The notes beneath the pieces are model-generated. The model ran no database searches. It worked only from the letters and a program-made list of their open reading frames with translations, and was not told where the DNA came from. Below are positions 29,358-39,509 of a stretch of DNA of 64,000 nt, one piece after another. The stretch lies in assembly GCF_025060375.1 (NCBI RefSeq), contig NZ_JANXCG010000062.1, forward strand, positions 30,855 through 94,854. The letters run 5' to 3'. The position numbers and the translations under genes are program-made. Every line of letters begins with the position of its first letter. Position 1 is the first letter of the stretch. The DNA is from Meiothermus sp. GTDB lineage: Bacteria; Deinococcota; Deinococci; Deinococcales; Thermaceae.

Positions 29358-31304
29358 ATGGAAAAAATCGAAGCGGTTCTAAAGGAGGAGCGGGTTTTTT
29401 ACCCCTCCGAGGCCTTTCAGCAGAAAGCGCACATCCGCCAGCTGCAAGAGTACGAGGCCCTCTACAAGGAGAGCCTAGAACAGCCCGAGGCATTCTGGGG
29501 CCGTGTGGCCGGGGAGCTACACTGGTTCCAACCCTGGCAAAAGGTGCTGGAGTGGAACCCTCCCAATGCCAAATGGTTCATCGGGGGCAGGCTCAACCTC
29601 TCCTACAACTGCTTGGACCGGCACCTGGAAACCCGGGGCAACAAGGCGGCCATCATCTTTGAGGGTGAGCCAGGGGACTCCCGGACCCTCACCTACCAAC
29701 AGCTCCACCGGGAGGTCTGCAAGTTTGCCAATGTGCTGAAAAGCCTGGGTGTGGGGAAGGGTGACCGGGTTACCATCTACCTACCCATGATTCCCGAGGC
29801 GGCCATTGCCATGCTCGCCTGCGTGCGCATTGGGGCAGTGCACTCGGTGGTCTTCGGCGGCTTCTCGGCCTCCGCCTTGGCCGACCGCATCAACGATGCT
29901 CAGGCCAAGGTGCTCATCACCGCCGATGGGGGTTACCGACGGGGGAGCATCGTGCCTCTGAAGGCCAACAGCGACGAGGCCCTGGCCGATGCCAAGAGCA
30001 TCCAGCACGTGGTGGTGATCCGGCGCACTGGGCAGGAAGTCCCCATGCAGGCTGGTCGGGACCATTGGTACCACGAGCTGATGGCGGGCGCCTCCCCCCA
30101 CTGCCCCGCCGAACCCATGGACGCCGAAGACCCCCTCTTCATCCTCTACACCTCGGGCTCCACCGGCAAACCCAAGGGCGTGCTGCACACCACCGGGGGC
30201 TACTCCGTCTACACCTACCTCACGGCCCGCTACATCTTTGACCTGCAGGAGAACGACACCTACTTCTGCACCGCTGATGTGGGCTGGATCACCGGGCACA
30301 GCTACGTGGTCTATGGCCTCTTACAAAACGGGGCCACCACCCTTATGTACGAAGGAGCGCCCAACTTCCCCGACGAGGGGCGCATCTGGAGCATCATTGA
30401 AAAGTACCGGGTGAACATCCTCTACACCGCCCCTACGGCCATCCGGGCTTTCATGAAGTGGGGGGAGGAGTGGCCGCGCAAGTACGACCTCTCCAGCCTG
30501 CGCCTGCTGGGGTCGGTAGGGGAACCCATCAACCCCGAGGCCTGGCTGTGGTACTACCGGGTGATTGGCCAGGAGCGCTGCCCCATTGTGGACACCTGGT
30601 GGCAGACCGAGACCGGGGGCATCATGATCACCACCCTGCCCGGGGTGCATCCTATGAAGCCTGGCCACGCTGGCAAGCCCTTCTTCGGGGTCAAGCCCGA
30701 GATTGTGGACAGCTCGGGGCAGCCGGTCACCAATCCCGACGAAGGCGGCCATCTGATCATCGAGCGACCCTGGCCCTCCATGTTGCGCACCGTGTGGGGC
30801 GACCCTGAGCGCTTCGAGCGGCAGTACTTCTCCCAGTACCCGGGCCGGTACTTCACCGGTGATGGAGCTAAGCGCGATGCCGAGGGCTACTACATGATCC
30901 TGGGCCGGGTAGACGATGTGCTCAACGTATCGGGCCACCGCTTGGGCACCATGGAGATTGAAAGCGCCTTGGTCGCCCACCCCGCCGTGGCTGAGGCCGC
31001 GGTGGTAGGCCGCCCCGACCCCATCAAGGGTGAGGGCATCGTGGCTTTTGTCACCCTGAAGAGCGGCCACAGCGCCAGCCCCGAGCTGGCCCAGGAACTC
31101 AAGGCCCACGTAGTCAAGATGATCGGGGCCATTGCTCGTCCCGATGAGATTCGTATAACCGACGCGCTGCCCAAGACCCGCTCGGGAAAGATCATGCGCC
31201 GTTTGCTCCGCCAGGTGGCCTCAGGCGAGGAAATCAAGGGGGACACCAGCACCCTGGAAGACCGCGCGGTGGTGGAGCGGCTCAAGACCTCTAGCGCGCA
31301 TTGA
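29358..31304 (+). CDS. acsA: Acetyl-CoA synthetase (canonical)
   Basis: [44 protein letters not shown] and [10 protein letters not shown]. Confidence 0.96.
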   Translation: MEKIEAVLKEERVFYPSEAFQQKAHIRQLQEYEALYKESLEQPEAFWGRVAGELHWFQPWQKVLEWNPPNAKWFIGGRLNLSYNCLDRHLETRGNKAAIIFEGEPGDSRTLTYQQLHREVCKFANVLKSLGVGKGDRVTIYLPMIPEAAIAMLACVRIGAVHSVVFGGFSASALADRINDAQAKVLITADGGYRRGSIVPLKANSDEALADAKSIQHVVVIRRTGQEVPMQAGRDHWYHELMAGASPHCPAEPMDAEDPLFILYTSGSTGKPKGVLHTTGGYSVYTYLTARYIFDLQENDTYFCTADVGWITGHSYVVYGLLQNGATTLMYEGAPNFPDEGRIWSIIEKYRVNILYTAPTAIRAFMKWGEEWPRKYDLSSLRLLGSVGEPINPEAWLWYYRVIGQERCPIVDTWWQTETGGIMITTLPGVHPMKPGHAGKPFFGVKPEIVDSSGQPVTNPDEGGHLIIERPWPSMLRTVWGDPERFERQYFSQYPGRYFTGDGAKRDAEGYYMILGRVDDVLNVSGHRLGTMEIESALVAHPAVAEAAVVGRPDPIKGEGIVAFVTLKSGHSASPELAQELKAHVVKMIGAIARPDEIRITDALPKTRSGKIMRRLLRQVASGEEIKGDTSTLEDRAVVERLKTSSAH

Positions 31305-31354
31305 GCCAAACCCGCCAGATAAAGCCCCCAAAGCGGCCTTCGGAGGGGTTTGCA

Positions 31355-31383
31355 TTGACCCTCTCGAGCCCACCCCCTATACT
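31355..31383 (+). promoter_or_regulatory. Sigma70-type promoter of the TetR gene
   Basis: TTGACC, 17 nt, TATACT. Confidence 0.8.
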
Positions 31384-31393
31384 CTTCGCCAGG

Positions 31394-32005
31394 GTGGCAA
31401 ACAACCGTCCGTTTGAAGAGAGAAGGCCGGAAAGGGGCAGCCGTCGGGACGAAATCCTAAACGCGGCCGGGCGGCTGTTCAGCCGGAGGGGCTTCCATGC
31501 CACCTCCATGCGCGACCTGGCCCGGGCAGTGAACCTCCAGGGGGGAAGCCTCTACGCCCACATCGCTTCCAAAGAAGAGGTGCTTTTTGAGCTGGTTAAC
31601 CGCGCCGCCGACGAGTTCCTAAACGCTGCCCGGGCTATTCCCGAAAACCTCCCTGCCAAAGAGCGGCTCACCAGCCTGGTCCGCTCCCACCTGCAGGTAA
31701 TTGTGCGGGAACTGGACAACGCCACGGTCTTCTTTCACGAGTGGAAGTTCCTGAGGCCCGAGCTGCAAGAGAGGATAAAGGCTCGCCGAGACGAGTACGA
31801 AAGTCACTTCCGCCAAACCATTGAGGCGGGGGTCAAGCAAGGGGAGTTTCAGGTAGAGGACGTTCGGCTCTCCGCGCTCTTTGTTCTCTCTGCGTTGAAC
31901 TGGACGTACCACTGGTACCGCCCAGAGGGGAAGCTGAGTCTGGAGGAGCTGGCGCAGGCCTACTCCAGCCTAATCCTCCGCACCTTAGGGGCTAAGGCGC
32001 CCTAA
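31394..32005 (+). CDS. TetR-family regulator (PaaR/KstR2-like)
   Basis: EILNAAGRLFSRRGFHATSMRDLA..GSLYAHIASKEEVL and LNWTYHWYRPEG. The GTG start is inferred from the promoter position. Confidence 0.88.
   Translation: MANNRPFEERRPERGSRRDEILNAAGRLFSRRGFHATSMRDLARAVNLQGGSLYAHIASKEEVLFELVNRAADEFLNAARAIPENLPAKERLTSLVRSHLQVIVRELDNATVFFHEWKFLRPELQERIKARRDEYESHFRQTIEAGVKQGEFQVEDVRLSALFVLSALNWTYHWYRPEGKLSLEELAQAYSSLILRTLGAKAP
31398..31415. promoter_or_regulatory. Candidate TetR operator CAAACAA-CCGT-CCGTTTG
   Basis: Imperfect 18-bp palindrome just downstream of the promoter. Matches 39510-39527. Confidence 0.6.
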
Positions 32006-32165
32006 GCAGGGCACACCCTGCTAGAATCCCAGACGGGGTCCCTTCCAGGCCCGGCCGGGGGTTTTTGCCTCCGAGGCACGACCGGAAGCAGGCCTTTCCT
32101 TTCCCCAAAACGAGGGATAGCAGCGGTCTCTAACAGAGGCGGCCAAATCCGGGAGGGCTTCAAAA

Positions 32166-32693
32166 ATGGTGATCCTACGCCCACTGGTCATGAGCGACCT
32201 AAGCCAAATTCTGGCCTGGAGCCACGACGAGGCTTTCTGCCTGGCCAACGGCTGGCCCTTGGGCCTGTCTTCCGAGAAGCTACAGGACTGGTTTGTACGG
32301 CTTTTGAACAACCCTCCCGCCGACCTGGTGCGCCGCGGCATTGTGCTGGCGGGGGCGGAGCACCCCGAAGAGCTGCTGGTGGGGTTCGTTGACCTGCGCG
32401 ACCTGAACCTGCTGGAAAAGCGGGCGCGGTTTCGCATCGCCATTGGGGAGGAAGCCTACCGAAACCAGGGGGTGGACTACGCAGCCGGAAAGCTGATGCT
32501 GGCCCACGGCTTCAACGAGCTGGGCCTGGAGCGCATCACCGCTGAGGAGCGCGGCTCCAACGTTAGGATGCGCAGCTTGATGGAAAGGCTGGGCTTCACC
32601 CTAGAAGGCATCCTACGCCAGCACGAAACCTATCAAGGCATCAGGGAGGACATCTACCTTTACGGGATGCTGCGCCAGGAGTTCAAGGGTTAG
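32166..32693 (+). CDS. GNAT acetyltransferase, RimJ/RimL-like
   Basis: VILRPL, VGFVDL, AHGFNELGLERI and MERLGFTLEGILR. Confidence 0.85.
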   Translation: MVILRPLVMSDLSQILAWSHDEAFCLANGWPLGLSSEKLQDWFVRLLNNPPADLVRRGIVLAGAEHPEELLVGFVDLRDLNLLEKRARFRIAIGEEAYRNQGVDYAAGKLMLAHGFNELGLERITAEERGSNVRMRSLMERLGFTLEGILRQHETYQGIREDIYLYGMLRQEFKG

Positions 32694-33162
32694 AGGCCTC
32701 GCCCTGGGCTAGGCCCCGCTCCAGCTCCTCTAGGAGGGTGTAGAGAAGCTCGAGCTTCTCCTGACCCAAAATCCGCTCAATTTCGGCGTAGACCGCCACC
32801 ACCTCGGGCTTGATCTGCTCCACCAAAGCTTGGGCCCTTTCGGTAAGGGCCACCCGCATGCTGCGGCCATCGGCCCGGTTGGCCTCCCGCCACACCAAAC
32901 CCCGCCCCTCCATACGCCTCAGAATGCCGGTCATGCTGGGTAGGAGAATCCGACACTGCTCAGCTAGAGCGGAGATTTCCAAACCCCCCTTGCCGTCTAG
33001 GGCCCTCAAAACACGCCACTGCTGCTCGGTCAAGTCATAGCGGGAGAGCACCCGCCGAAAACGCTGCACCACCGCCTCACGGGTGCGCAGGAGGGCCATG
33101 GGCAGCGAGTGGGTCAGGTCGCGCAACAGGCGGGAGGCATCTGGGGAAAGGGGGGAGGCCAT
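32683..33162 (-). CDS. hpaR: Homoprotocatechuate operon regulator (MarR family)
   Basis: SLPMALLRTREAV..LTEQQWRVLRAL..PSMTGILRRME, divergent from the hpa genes. Confidence 0.88.
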   Translation of the reverse strand: MASPLSPDASRLLRDLTHSLPMALLRTREAVVQRFRRVLSRYDLTEQQWRVLRALDGKGGLEISALAEQCRILLPSMTGILRRMEGRGLVWREANRADGRSMRVALTERAQALVEQIKPEVVAVYAEIERILGQEKLELLYTLLEELERGLAQGEASNP

Positions 33163-33218
33163 GGGCTACCTCAAGGGGACAATTGTACTCTGGATCGCAA
33201 ACGCCGCCCCGTGGATAC

Positions 33219-33230
33219 TTAACATGTTAA
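33219..33230. promoter_or_regulatory. Candidate HpaR operator (perfect palindrome TTAACATGTTAA)
   Basis: 12-bp perfect palindrome in the hpaR/hpaI intergenic region. Confidence 0.6.
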
Positions 33231-33278
33231 CCATCTAAGCCAGCCGCATAGCAAGCCAAGCCACCATAGAGGAGCACA

Positions 33279-34220
33279 ATGGTTGAGTTCAAAGGCAGCA
33301 TCGTACCCCTGGTAACGCCGTTCAAGGATGGCGCAATAGACGAAGCGGCCCTAGAGCGGCTCATCGAGCGGCAGATCGAAGCCGGCTCCCACGCCATAAG
33401 TGTGGGCGGCACCACCGGCGAGCCGGGCGCGCTGAGCCTGGAAGAGCGCGAGTACCTCATAGAACGGGCCCTACACTACATCAAGGGCCGGGTACCCCTT
33501 CTAGCCGGAACCGGGACCCTGCGGCTGGACGAAACCCTGAGGTTAACCCAGGCTGCCTACCGGATGGGGGCCCAAGGCGCCTTGGTCATCACCCCTTATT
33601 ACGTGAAGCCCAACCAGGAAGGGCTCTACCGCTTTTTCGGCCAGGTGGCCCAGAGCGTTCCCGAGATGCCCATCGTGCTCTACAACATCCCAGGGCGCAC
33701 CGGGGTAGAGATCGGAGTGGAAACCGTAGCCCGCCTGCGCCGGGACTTCAAGAACATCGTGGGGCTCAAGCACTCCTCCAAAGACGTGGAGTACGTCTCG
33801 GAGCTCCTGCGCCGAGTGGGGCGGGACTTTAGGGTGTACTGCGGTCTTGAGGCCCTTACCTTCCCTATGATGTGCGTGGGTGCGGTGGGCACCATCGCCG
33901 CCACAGCCAACTGGCTGCCCAAGGAGACCGCCCAAATGTGCCAGCTCACCCTGGAAGGCAGGTACAAGGAGGCACTGGAGCTTCACTACTACGGGCTCGA
34001 GGCCAACAATGCGGTCTTCTGGGACACCAATCCCATCCCCCTCAAGACGGTGCTGTCCTGGATGGGCCTATGCGAAAAGGAGTGGCGCGAGCCCCTGGGG
34101 CCCACCACCCCAGAGGTCGAGGCCCGGCTGCGGCGGATGGCCGAGTCCTATGGCCTGATCCCAGCCCAGGGAAACCACCCCCCAGTGCTACCCGACCCAG
34201 CCGGAAAGCAGTACGTCTGA
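33279..34220 (+). CDS. hpaI: DapA-fold 2,4-dihydroxyhept-2-ene-1,7-dioate aldolase (HpaI-type)
   Basis: GGTTGE, YNIPGRTG and VGLKHS. Its position in the hpa operon argues against a lysine-pathway DapA. Confidence 0.75.
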   Translation: MVEFKGSIVPLVTPFKDGAIDEAALERLIERQIEAGSHAISVGGTTGEPGALSLEEREYLIERALHYIKGRVPLLAGTGTLRLDETLRLTQAAYRMGAQGALVITPYYVKPNQEGLYRFFGQVAQSVPEMPIVLYNIPGRTGVEIGVETVARLRRDFKNIVGLKHSSKDVEYVSELLRRVGRDFRVYCGLEALTFPMMCVGAVGTIAATANWLPKETAQMCQLTLEGRYKEALELHYYGLEANNAVFWDTNPIPLKTVLSWMGLCEKEWREPLGPTTPEVEARLRRMAESYGLIPAQGNHPPVLPDPAGKQYV

Positions 34221-34231
34221 GGCGGTGCAGG

Positions 34232-35026
34232 ATGAAGCTGGCGCGCTTTATCTCCAAAGGCCGCCTCCTGCAAGGGCGGCTGCAAAACGGAATGCTCATC
34301 GATCCCGCTGGCGAGGCCCACCACCCCGAGGAGGTGCTCTGGCAGCTCCCGGTGCAACCGGGCAAGGTGCTGGCCCTGGCGCTTAACTTTCCCGAGCATG
34401 CTGAGGAATTTGGCCTGCAGAAGCCCAGCGAGCCGGCCCTTTTCTGGAAACCCAACACCAGCCTCCTTCCCCACAAAGGCACCGTGGTCTACCCCCGGGG
34501 GGCCAGGTTCATGCACTTTGAGTGCGAACTAGCGGTCATCATTGGGCGGCCCGCGCGCCGGGTCAAGGCCAAGGACGCCATGGAGTACGTGGGAGGCTAC
34601 ACCATCGCCAACGACCTGGTGGTGCGCGACTACGTCTCCAACACCTTCCGCCCCCCCATCCGGGCCAAGGGCTGGGACACCTTTGGCCCGCTGGGTCCCT
34701 TCTACGTAACCGCAGACGAGGTGCCTGACCCCCACAACCTGCGGATGTGGGCCTACGTGAACGGCGAACTGCGCCAGGAGGCCACCACCCAGGGCATGCT
34801 TTTCTCCATCCCCGAAGTGGTTGAATTTATCAGCCGTTTTATGACCTTGGAGACTGGAGATGTAATCCTAACCGGTACCCCCAAGGGAATTTCCCAGGTG
34901 CACCCAGGAGACGTCATGCGAATGGAGATTGAAGGGCTGGGGGCACTGGAAAACCCCATCGAATGGGAAACCCCAGAGGCTGAGCCGGTAATTTCCGAGG
35001 AAGGCGACAGGTCGGTGGTGCTATGA
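34232..35026 (+). CDS. FAH-family isomerase/decarboxylase (single-domain HpaG-like)
   Basis: ALNFPEH, LFWKP, HFECELAV, GYTIAND, KGWDTFGP and ILTGTP. Start at ATG 34232. Confidence 0.85.
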   Translation: MKLARFISKGRLLQGRLQNGMLIDPAGEAHHPEEVLWQLPVQPGKVLALALNFPEHAEEFGLQKPSEPALFWKPNTSLLPHKGTVVYPRGARFMHFECELAVIIGRPARRVKAKDAMEYVGGYTIANDLVVRDYVSNTFRPPIRAKGWDTFGPLGPFYVTADEVPDPHNLRMWAYVNGELRQEATTQGMLFSIPEVVEFISRFMTLETGDVILTGTPKGISQVHPGDVMRMEIEGLGALENPIEWETPEAEPVISEEGDRSVVL

Positions 35027-36540
35027 AGGTATCCGAGCAAACCCAGGCCATCAGCCCCAACTTCATCGCCCAAATACGGCAGAAAGTCGCCGCCCGCCCC
35101 GTCGCGCACTTCATCGCTGGCGAGTTCGCACCGGGGCTGCGAGGGGAGTGGTTTGAAAGCCTCGACCCCTCCAACAACCAGGTGCTGGCGCAGGTCTACA
35201 AGGGCCACGCCGAAGACGTGGACCGGGCCGCTCGAGCCGCCCAGACAGCTTTTGAGGGCTGGAGAAAAAGCGCCAAAACCAGAAAGAGGTACCTTCTCAA
35301 AATCGCCGAGCTGCTCGAAAAGCATACCGACGAGCTGGCCGTGCTGGAGTGCCTGGACGCCGGTCAGCCCTTGCGGATTGTGCGCGCCCAGGTGGCCCGG
35401 GCCGCCGAGAACTTTAGCTTCTACGCGGAGTGGGCCGAGCGGGCCATGGAGGGGCATACCTTCCCCGTGGACCAGGCGTGGCTCAACTACTCCGTGCGGG
35501 TACCGGTGGGGGTCTGCGGCATCATCACCCCCTGGAACGCACCCCTAATGCTCTCCACCTGGCGCATCGCCCCGGCCTTGGCCTTCGGCAACACGGTGGT
35601 TCTAAAGCCCGCCGAGTGGTCGCCCCTGACCGCCTGGAAGCTGGCCGAAATCTTCCAGGAAGCCGACCTTCCACCGGGGGTCTTCAACGTGGTGCAGGGC
35701 TTTGGAGAGGAGGCCGGCGACGCGGTGGTGCGACATCCGGCCATCCCCCTCATCGCCTTTACCGGCGAAACCACCACGGGCAGCCTCATCACCCAAAACA
35801 GTGCCCCTTACCTGAAGCGGCTTTCCCTCGAGCTCGGCGGAAAGTCTCCCGTCATCGTCTTCGAGGACGCCGATCTGGAACGGGCCTTGGACGCCACCGT
35901 CTTCCAGATATACAGCTTCAACGGGGAACGCTGCACCGCGAGCAGCCGCGCCCTGGTGCAGGAGAGCATCTTTGATGAGTTCCTAAGCCGCCTGACCGAC
36001 CGCACCGCCCGCGTTCGGGTAGGGCACCCTCTGGAACCGGACACCGAGGTGGGCCCCCTGATCCACCCTGAGCACCTGGCCCGGGTGCTCCGTTATGTGG
36101 AAATCGGCAAGCAGGAGTCCCAGCACATCTTCGGCGGCGAGCGGGTTGGCAGCGAGGGCAACTACCTGCGGCCCGGGCTTTTTGTGGCGGAGAACCACCA
36201 CACCATTGCCCAGGAGGAGATTTTCGGCCCTATCCTAACCGTGATTCCCTTCAAGGACGAGGCCGACGCCCTGCAGAAGGCCAACGACAGCAAGTACGGC
36301 CTGGCCTCTTACGTCTGGACAAAAGATGTGGCTCGAGCCCACCGCGTGGCCCTGGCCCTGGAGGCGGGCATGACCTGGATTAACTCCCACAACGTGCGCC
36401 ACCTGCCCACCCCCTTCGGCGGGGTCAAGTTCTCGGGCACCCACCGGGAGGGCGGGGCCCACAGCCTGGAGTTCTACACCGAGCTCAAGCACATCGCCGT
36501 ACCGCTTGTGGAGCACCCCATCCCCAAGTTCGGTAATTGA
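35023..36540 (+). CDS. hpaE: 5-carboxymethyl-2-hydroxymuconate semialdehyde dehydrogenase
   Basis: ALDH motifs PWNAP, FTGETTTG, LELGGKSP and NGERCTA. Confidence 0.88.
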   Translation: MKVSEQTQAISPNFIAQIRQKVAARPVAHFIAGEFAPGLRGEWFESLDPSNNQVLAQVYKGHAEDVDRAARAAQTAFEGWRKSAKTRKRYLLKIAELLEKHTDELAVLECLDAGQPLRIVRAQVARAAENFSFYAEWAERAMEGHTFPVDQAWLNYSVRVPVGVCGIITPWNAPLMLSTWRIAPALAFGNTVVLKPAEWSPLTAWKLAEIFQEADLPPGVFNVVQGFGEEAGDAVVRHPAIPLIAFTGETTTGSLITQNSAPYLKRLSLELGGKSPVIVFEDADLERALDATVFQIYSFNGERCTASSRALVQESIFDEFLSRLTDRTARVRVGHPLEPDTEVGPLIHPEHLARVLRYVEIGKQESQHIFGGERVGSEGNYLRPGLFVAENHHTIAQEEIFGPILTVIPFKDEADALQKANDSKYGLASYVWTKDVARAHRVALALEAGMTWINSHNVRHLPTPFGGVKFSGTHREGGAHSLEFYTELKHIAVPLVEHPIPKFGN

Positions 36541-36551
36541 AGGAGGCCCTC

Positions 36552-38006
36552 ATGGCGCGCAGCGGCAAGGAGTACCTGGAAGCCCTCAGGAAAGACCCGC
36601 CCAATCTCTGGTACAAAGGCCAGCGGGTGGAGGATCCTACTGCCCACCCGGTTTTCAGGGGCATCACCCACATGCTCGCCCGGCTTTACGACCTGCAGCA
36701 CGACCCCCGCTACCGGGACGTGCTCACCTATGAGGAGGGAGGGCGGCGCTACCCCACCAGCCTGCTGCCCGCCCGGAGCAGGGACGACCTGGCCCGGCGG
36801 GGCGCGGCCTACAAGGTCTGGGCCGATGCGCACCTGGGCATGATGGGGCGCAGCCCCGACTATCTCAACGCGGTGCTGATGGCCTTTGAGCAAAGCGCTG
36901 AGTTTTTCGGGGAGTACGCCGAGAACGTGCGGCGCTACGTGCAGTACGTGCGCGAGAACGACCTCTGCACCACCCACTGCCTGACCAATCCCCAGGTGAA
37001 CCGGGCCAAGAGCAACCTCGAGCAGGCCGACCCGTACATCCCTCTGGGGGTCTTCAGCGAAAGCCCGGACGGGATTGTGGTGCGGGGGGCCCGGATGCTC
37101 TCCACCCTGCCCACCGCCGATGAACTGCTGGTCTTCCCCAGCACCCTGCTCAAGGAAGGCCCCGGCGCTGAGCGCTATGCGGTGGCCTTTGCCATCCCCA
37201 CCAACACCCCGGGGCTGCACTTCATCAGCCGCGAAGGCCTGCGCGGGGGGGACTCGAGCTTTGACCATCCCCTTTCCAGCCAGCTCGAGGAGATGGACTG
37301 CCTCACGGTCTTTGACGACGTCTTCGTCCCCAAGGAGCGGATTTTCATCCTCAAAGACCTAGAGCGCTGCAACACCGCCTACGCCGAGACCGGGGCCCTG
37401 ATGCACATGGCCCACCAGGTGGTGGTGCTCAAAACCGCCAAGACCGAGGCCTTCTTGGGGCTCATCTCCCTCATAGCCGAGGCCATCGGGGCCGACGTCT
37501 TCCCCCACGTGCAGGAAAAAATCGCCGAGGTCATCGTCTACCTGGAGGCCATGAAGGGCCTCTGGGCTCGAGCCGAGCGGGACGCCAAACCCAACCGGTA
37601 CGGCCTCTACTGCCCCGACCGGGGGGCCATTGACGGGGCCCGCAACCTTTACCCCAGGCTCTACCCCCGCATCCACGAGATTGTGCAGCAGATCGGGGCC
37701 TCAGGCCTGATTACCCTGCCCTCCGAGGCCGACTTTGAGGCCCCCATCGGGCGGCACCTGGAGAAGTTCCTGCAGTCCGCCAGCCTACCGGCCCGCGAGC
37801 GGGTGCAGCTCTTCCGGCTGGCCTGGGACATGACCCTAAGCGGCTTCGGAGCCCGCCAGGTGCTCTACGAACGCTTCTTCTTCGGCGATCCGGTGCGGAT
37901 GTACCAGACCCTCTTCTCCGTCTACGACAAGGAGCCCTACAAGGAGCGCATCCGGGAGTTCTTGGGCTGGAGAAAGCCCCAGCCAGCAACCGTTGCAAGC
38001 GACTAG
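36552..38006 (+). CDS. hpaB: 4-hydroxyphenylacetate 3-monooxygenase, oxygenase subunit
   Basis: GKEYLEAL, MGRSPDY, TNPQVNR, EMDCLTVFDDVFVP and YERFFFGDP. Confidence 0.93.
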   Translation: MARSGKEYLEALRKDPPNLWYKGQRVEDPTAHPVFRGITHMLARLYDLQHDPRYRDVLTYEEGGRRYPTSLLPARSRDDLARRGAAYKVWADAHLGMMGRSPDYLNAVLMAFEQSAEFFGEYAENVRRYVQYVRENDLCTTHCLTNPQVNRAKSNLEQADPYIPLGVFSESPDGIVVRGARMLSTLPTADELLVFPSTLLKEGPGAERYAVAFAIPTNTPGLHFISREGLRGGDSSFDHPLSSQLEEMDCLTVFDDVFVPKERIFILKDLERCNTAYAETGALMHMAHQVVVLKTAKTEAFLGLISLIAEAIGADVFPHVQEKIAEVIVYLEAMKGLWARAERDAKPNRYGLYCPDRGAIDGARNLYPRLYPRIHEIVQQIGASGLITLPSEADFEAPIGRHLEKFLQSASLPARERVQLFRLAWDMTLSGFGARQVLYERFFFGDPVRMYQTLFSVYDKEPYKERIREFLGWRKPQPATVASD

Positions 38007-38009
38007 ACC

Positions 38010-38495
38010 ATGGAAGTCACCAACCCTACCCTCTCCGAGCAACTCCGCCAGGCCATGAGCCACTGGCCCAGCGGGGTTGCGGTGGTGGCCGCCCGGCACG
38101 GCTGGGAGGTCCGGGGCATGACCGCCAGCAGCTTTACCAGCGTGAGCCTCGAGCCACCCCTCATCCTGGTCTGCATCAACCGGACGGCCTCTCTCTGGCC
38201 CGTGCTGGAGAAGGCCGGGCGGTTCAGCGTAAACCTGCTCAAGGAAGGCCACGAGCACACCTCGGCCCACTTCGCCGGCCAGCCCCTCGAGGGGTACGCC
38301 CCCCTGAACGAGGAGGAGGTTCCAGCGCTGGAGGAGGCCCTGGCCACCCTCTACTGCCGCACCTGGGCGGTCTACCCCGGCGGCACCCACCAGATTGTGG
38401 TGGGCGAGGTGGAGAGGGTGCGGCTGAACAGAGGGGAGAGGCCCCTGCTCTACTGGAACCGGGGCTACCACAGGCTCAAGGGAGGTGAGCCGTGA
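38010..38495 (+). CDS. hpaC: Flavin reductase component
   Basis: GMTASSFTSVSLEPPL, GGTHQIVVGEV and PLLYWNRGY. Confidence 0.9.
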   Translation: MEVTNPTLSEQLRQAMSHWPSGVAVVAARHGWEVRGMTASSFTSVSLEPPLILVCINRTASLWPVLEKAGRFSVNLLKEGHEHTSAHFAGQPLEGYAPLNEEEVPALEEALATLYCRTWAVYPGGTHQIVVGEVERVRLNRGERPLLYWNRGYHRLKGGEP

Positions 38496-39463
38496 AAGCC
38501 ATCCCCCAGGTTGTCCGCATCGCCCATGCGGTCCTCTACGTGACCGACCTCGAGCGCTCACGCCGCTTCTACGTGGACTTGCTGGGGCTAAACATACTCC
38601 ACGAGCGCCCAAACGCCCTGTACCTGCGCGGCACCGAGGACCGGGAGTGGACCCTGAAGCTCGAGCTGGCCCCCGAACCGGGCGTGAAGCACCTGGCCTA
38701 CCGGGTGGCCGATGCGGCGGCCCTGGAAAGGCTGGTGGAGATGGCCCAGGAGCTGGGCCTTCCCTACCGATGGGAGTCGGAGGAGGACCGCCCCAGGCTC
38801 CTGCGGCTACAAGACCCCTTCGGCGTTCCGGTGGCCTTCTACGCGGAAAGCCAAAAACACCCCTGGCTGCTGCAGCGCTACGACCTGCACAAAGGCCCCG
38901 GCATTCAGCGCATTGACCACATCAACGTGATGACCCCCCAGGTGGAGGCCATGACCCACTGGTACATGGAGCAGCTCGGCTTCCGCCTGTCGGAGTACAC
39001 CGAGGACGATGAGGGGCGCATCTGGGCGGCCTGGATTCACCGCAAAGGCAACGTACACGACTTGGCCCTCACCAACGGCACCGGCCCCCGGCTACACCAC
39101 CTGGCCTACTGGATGCCCGACGCCATGAGCATTATCCGGGCCTGCGACATCCTGGCCGGTGCGATGCAGACCGAGGCCATCGAGCGGGGGCCTGGACGGC
39201 ACGGGGTATCCAACGCCTTCTTCCTCTACCTCCGCGACCCCGATGGGCACCGCATTGAACTCTACACCTCCGACTACAGCACGGTGGACCCCGACTTTGA
39301 GCCCATTCGCTGGCACCTGAATGACCCCCGGCGGCAAACCCTATGGGGGGCCAGGACACCCAAAAGCTGGTTCCTGGAAGGCTCGTTGCTCGAGGCTTTT
39401 GAAGGAGGGTTTGTGCCCACCCTCGAGTCGGAGCTCAAGGGGCTGCCCCAACACGTCATCTGA
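38492..39463 (+). CDS. hpaD: 3,4-dihydroxyphenylacetate 2,3-dioxygenase
   Basis: VOC fold with RIDHIN, HDLAL, LHHLAY, GPGRHG and YLRDPDGHRIELY. Confidence 0.92.
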   Translation: MKAIPQVVRIAHAVLYVTDLERSRRFYVDLLGLNILHERPNALYLRGTEDREWTLKLELAPEPGVKHLAYRVADAAALERLVEMAQELGLPYRWESEEDRPRLLRLQDPFGVPVAFYAESQKHPWLLQRYDLHKGPGIQRIDHINVMTPQVEAMTHWYMEQLGFRLSEYTEDDEGRIWAAWIHRKGNVHDLALTNGTGPRLHHLAYWMPDAMSIIRACDILAGAMQTEAIERGPGRHGVSNAFFLYLRDPDGHRIELYTSDYSTVDPDFEPIRWHLNDPRRQTLWGARTPKSWFLEGSLLEAFEGGFVPTLESELKGLPQHVI

Positions 39464-39467
39464 GACC

Positions 39468-39496
39468 TTGACAGGGAAAAGACCAGCCGATACACT
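39468..39496 (+). promoter_or_regulatory. Sigma70-type promoter of the paa-like operon
   Basis: TTGACA, 17 nt, TACACT. Confidence 0.85.
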
Positions 39497-39509
39497 TACC
39501 CCCAAAAAA

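Noticed and set aside
33279-34220. Calling this gene dapA (lysine biosynthesis)
   Set aside because: It is the first gene of the hpa operon, and a DapA-fold HpaI subfamily is known from this context.
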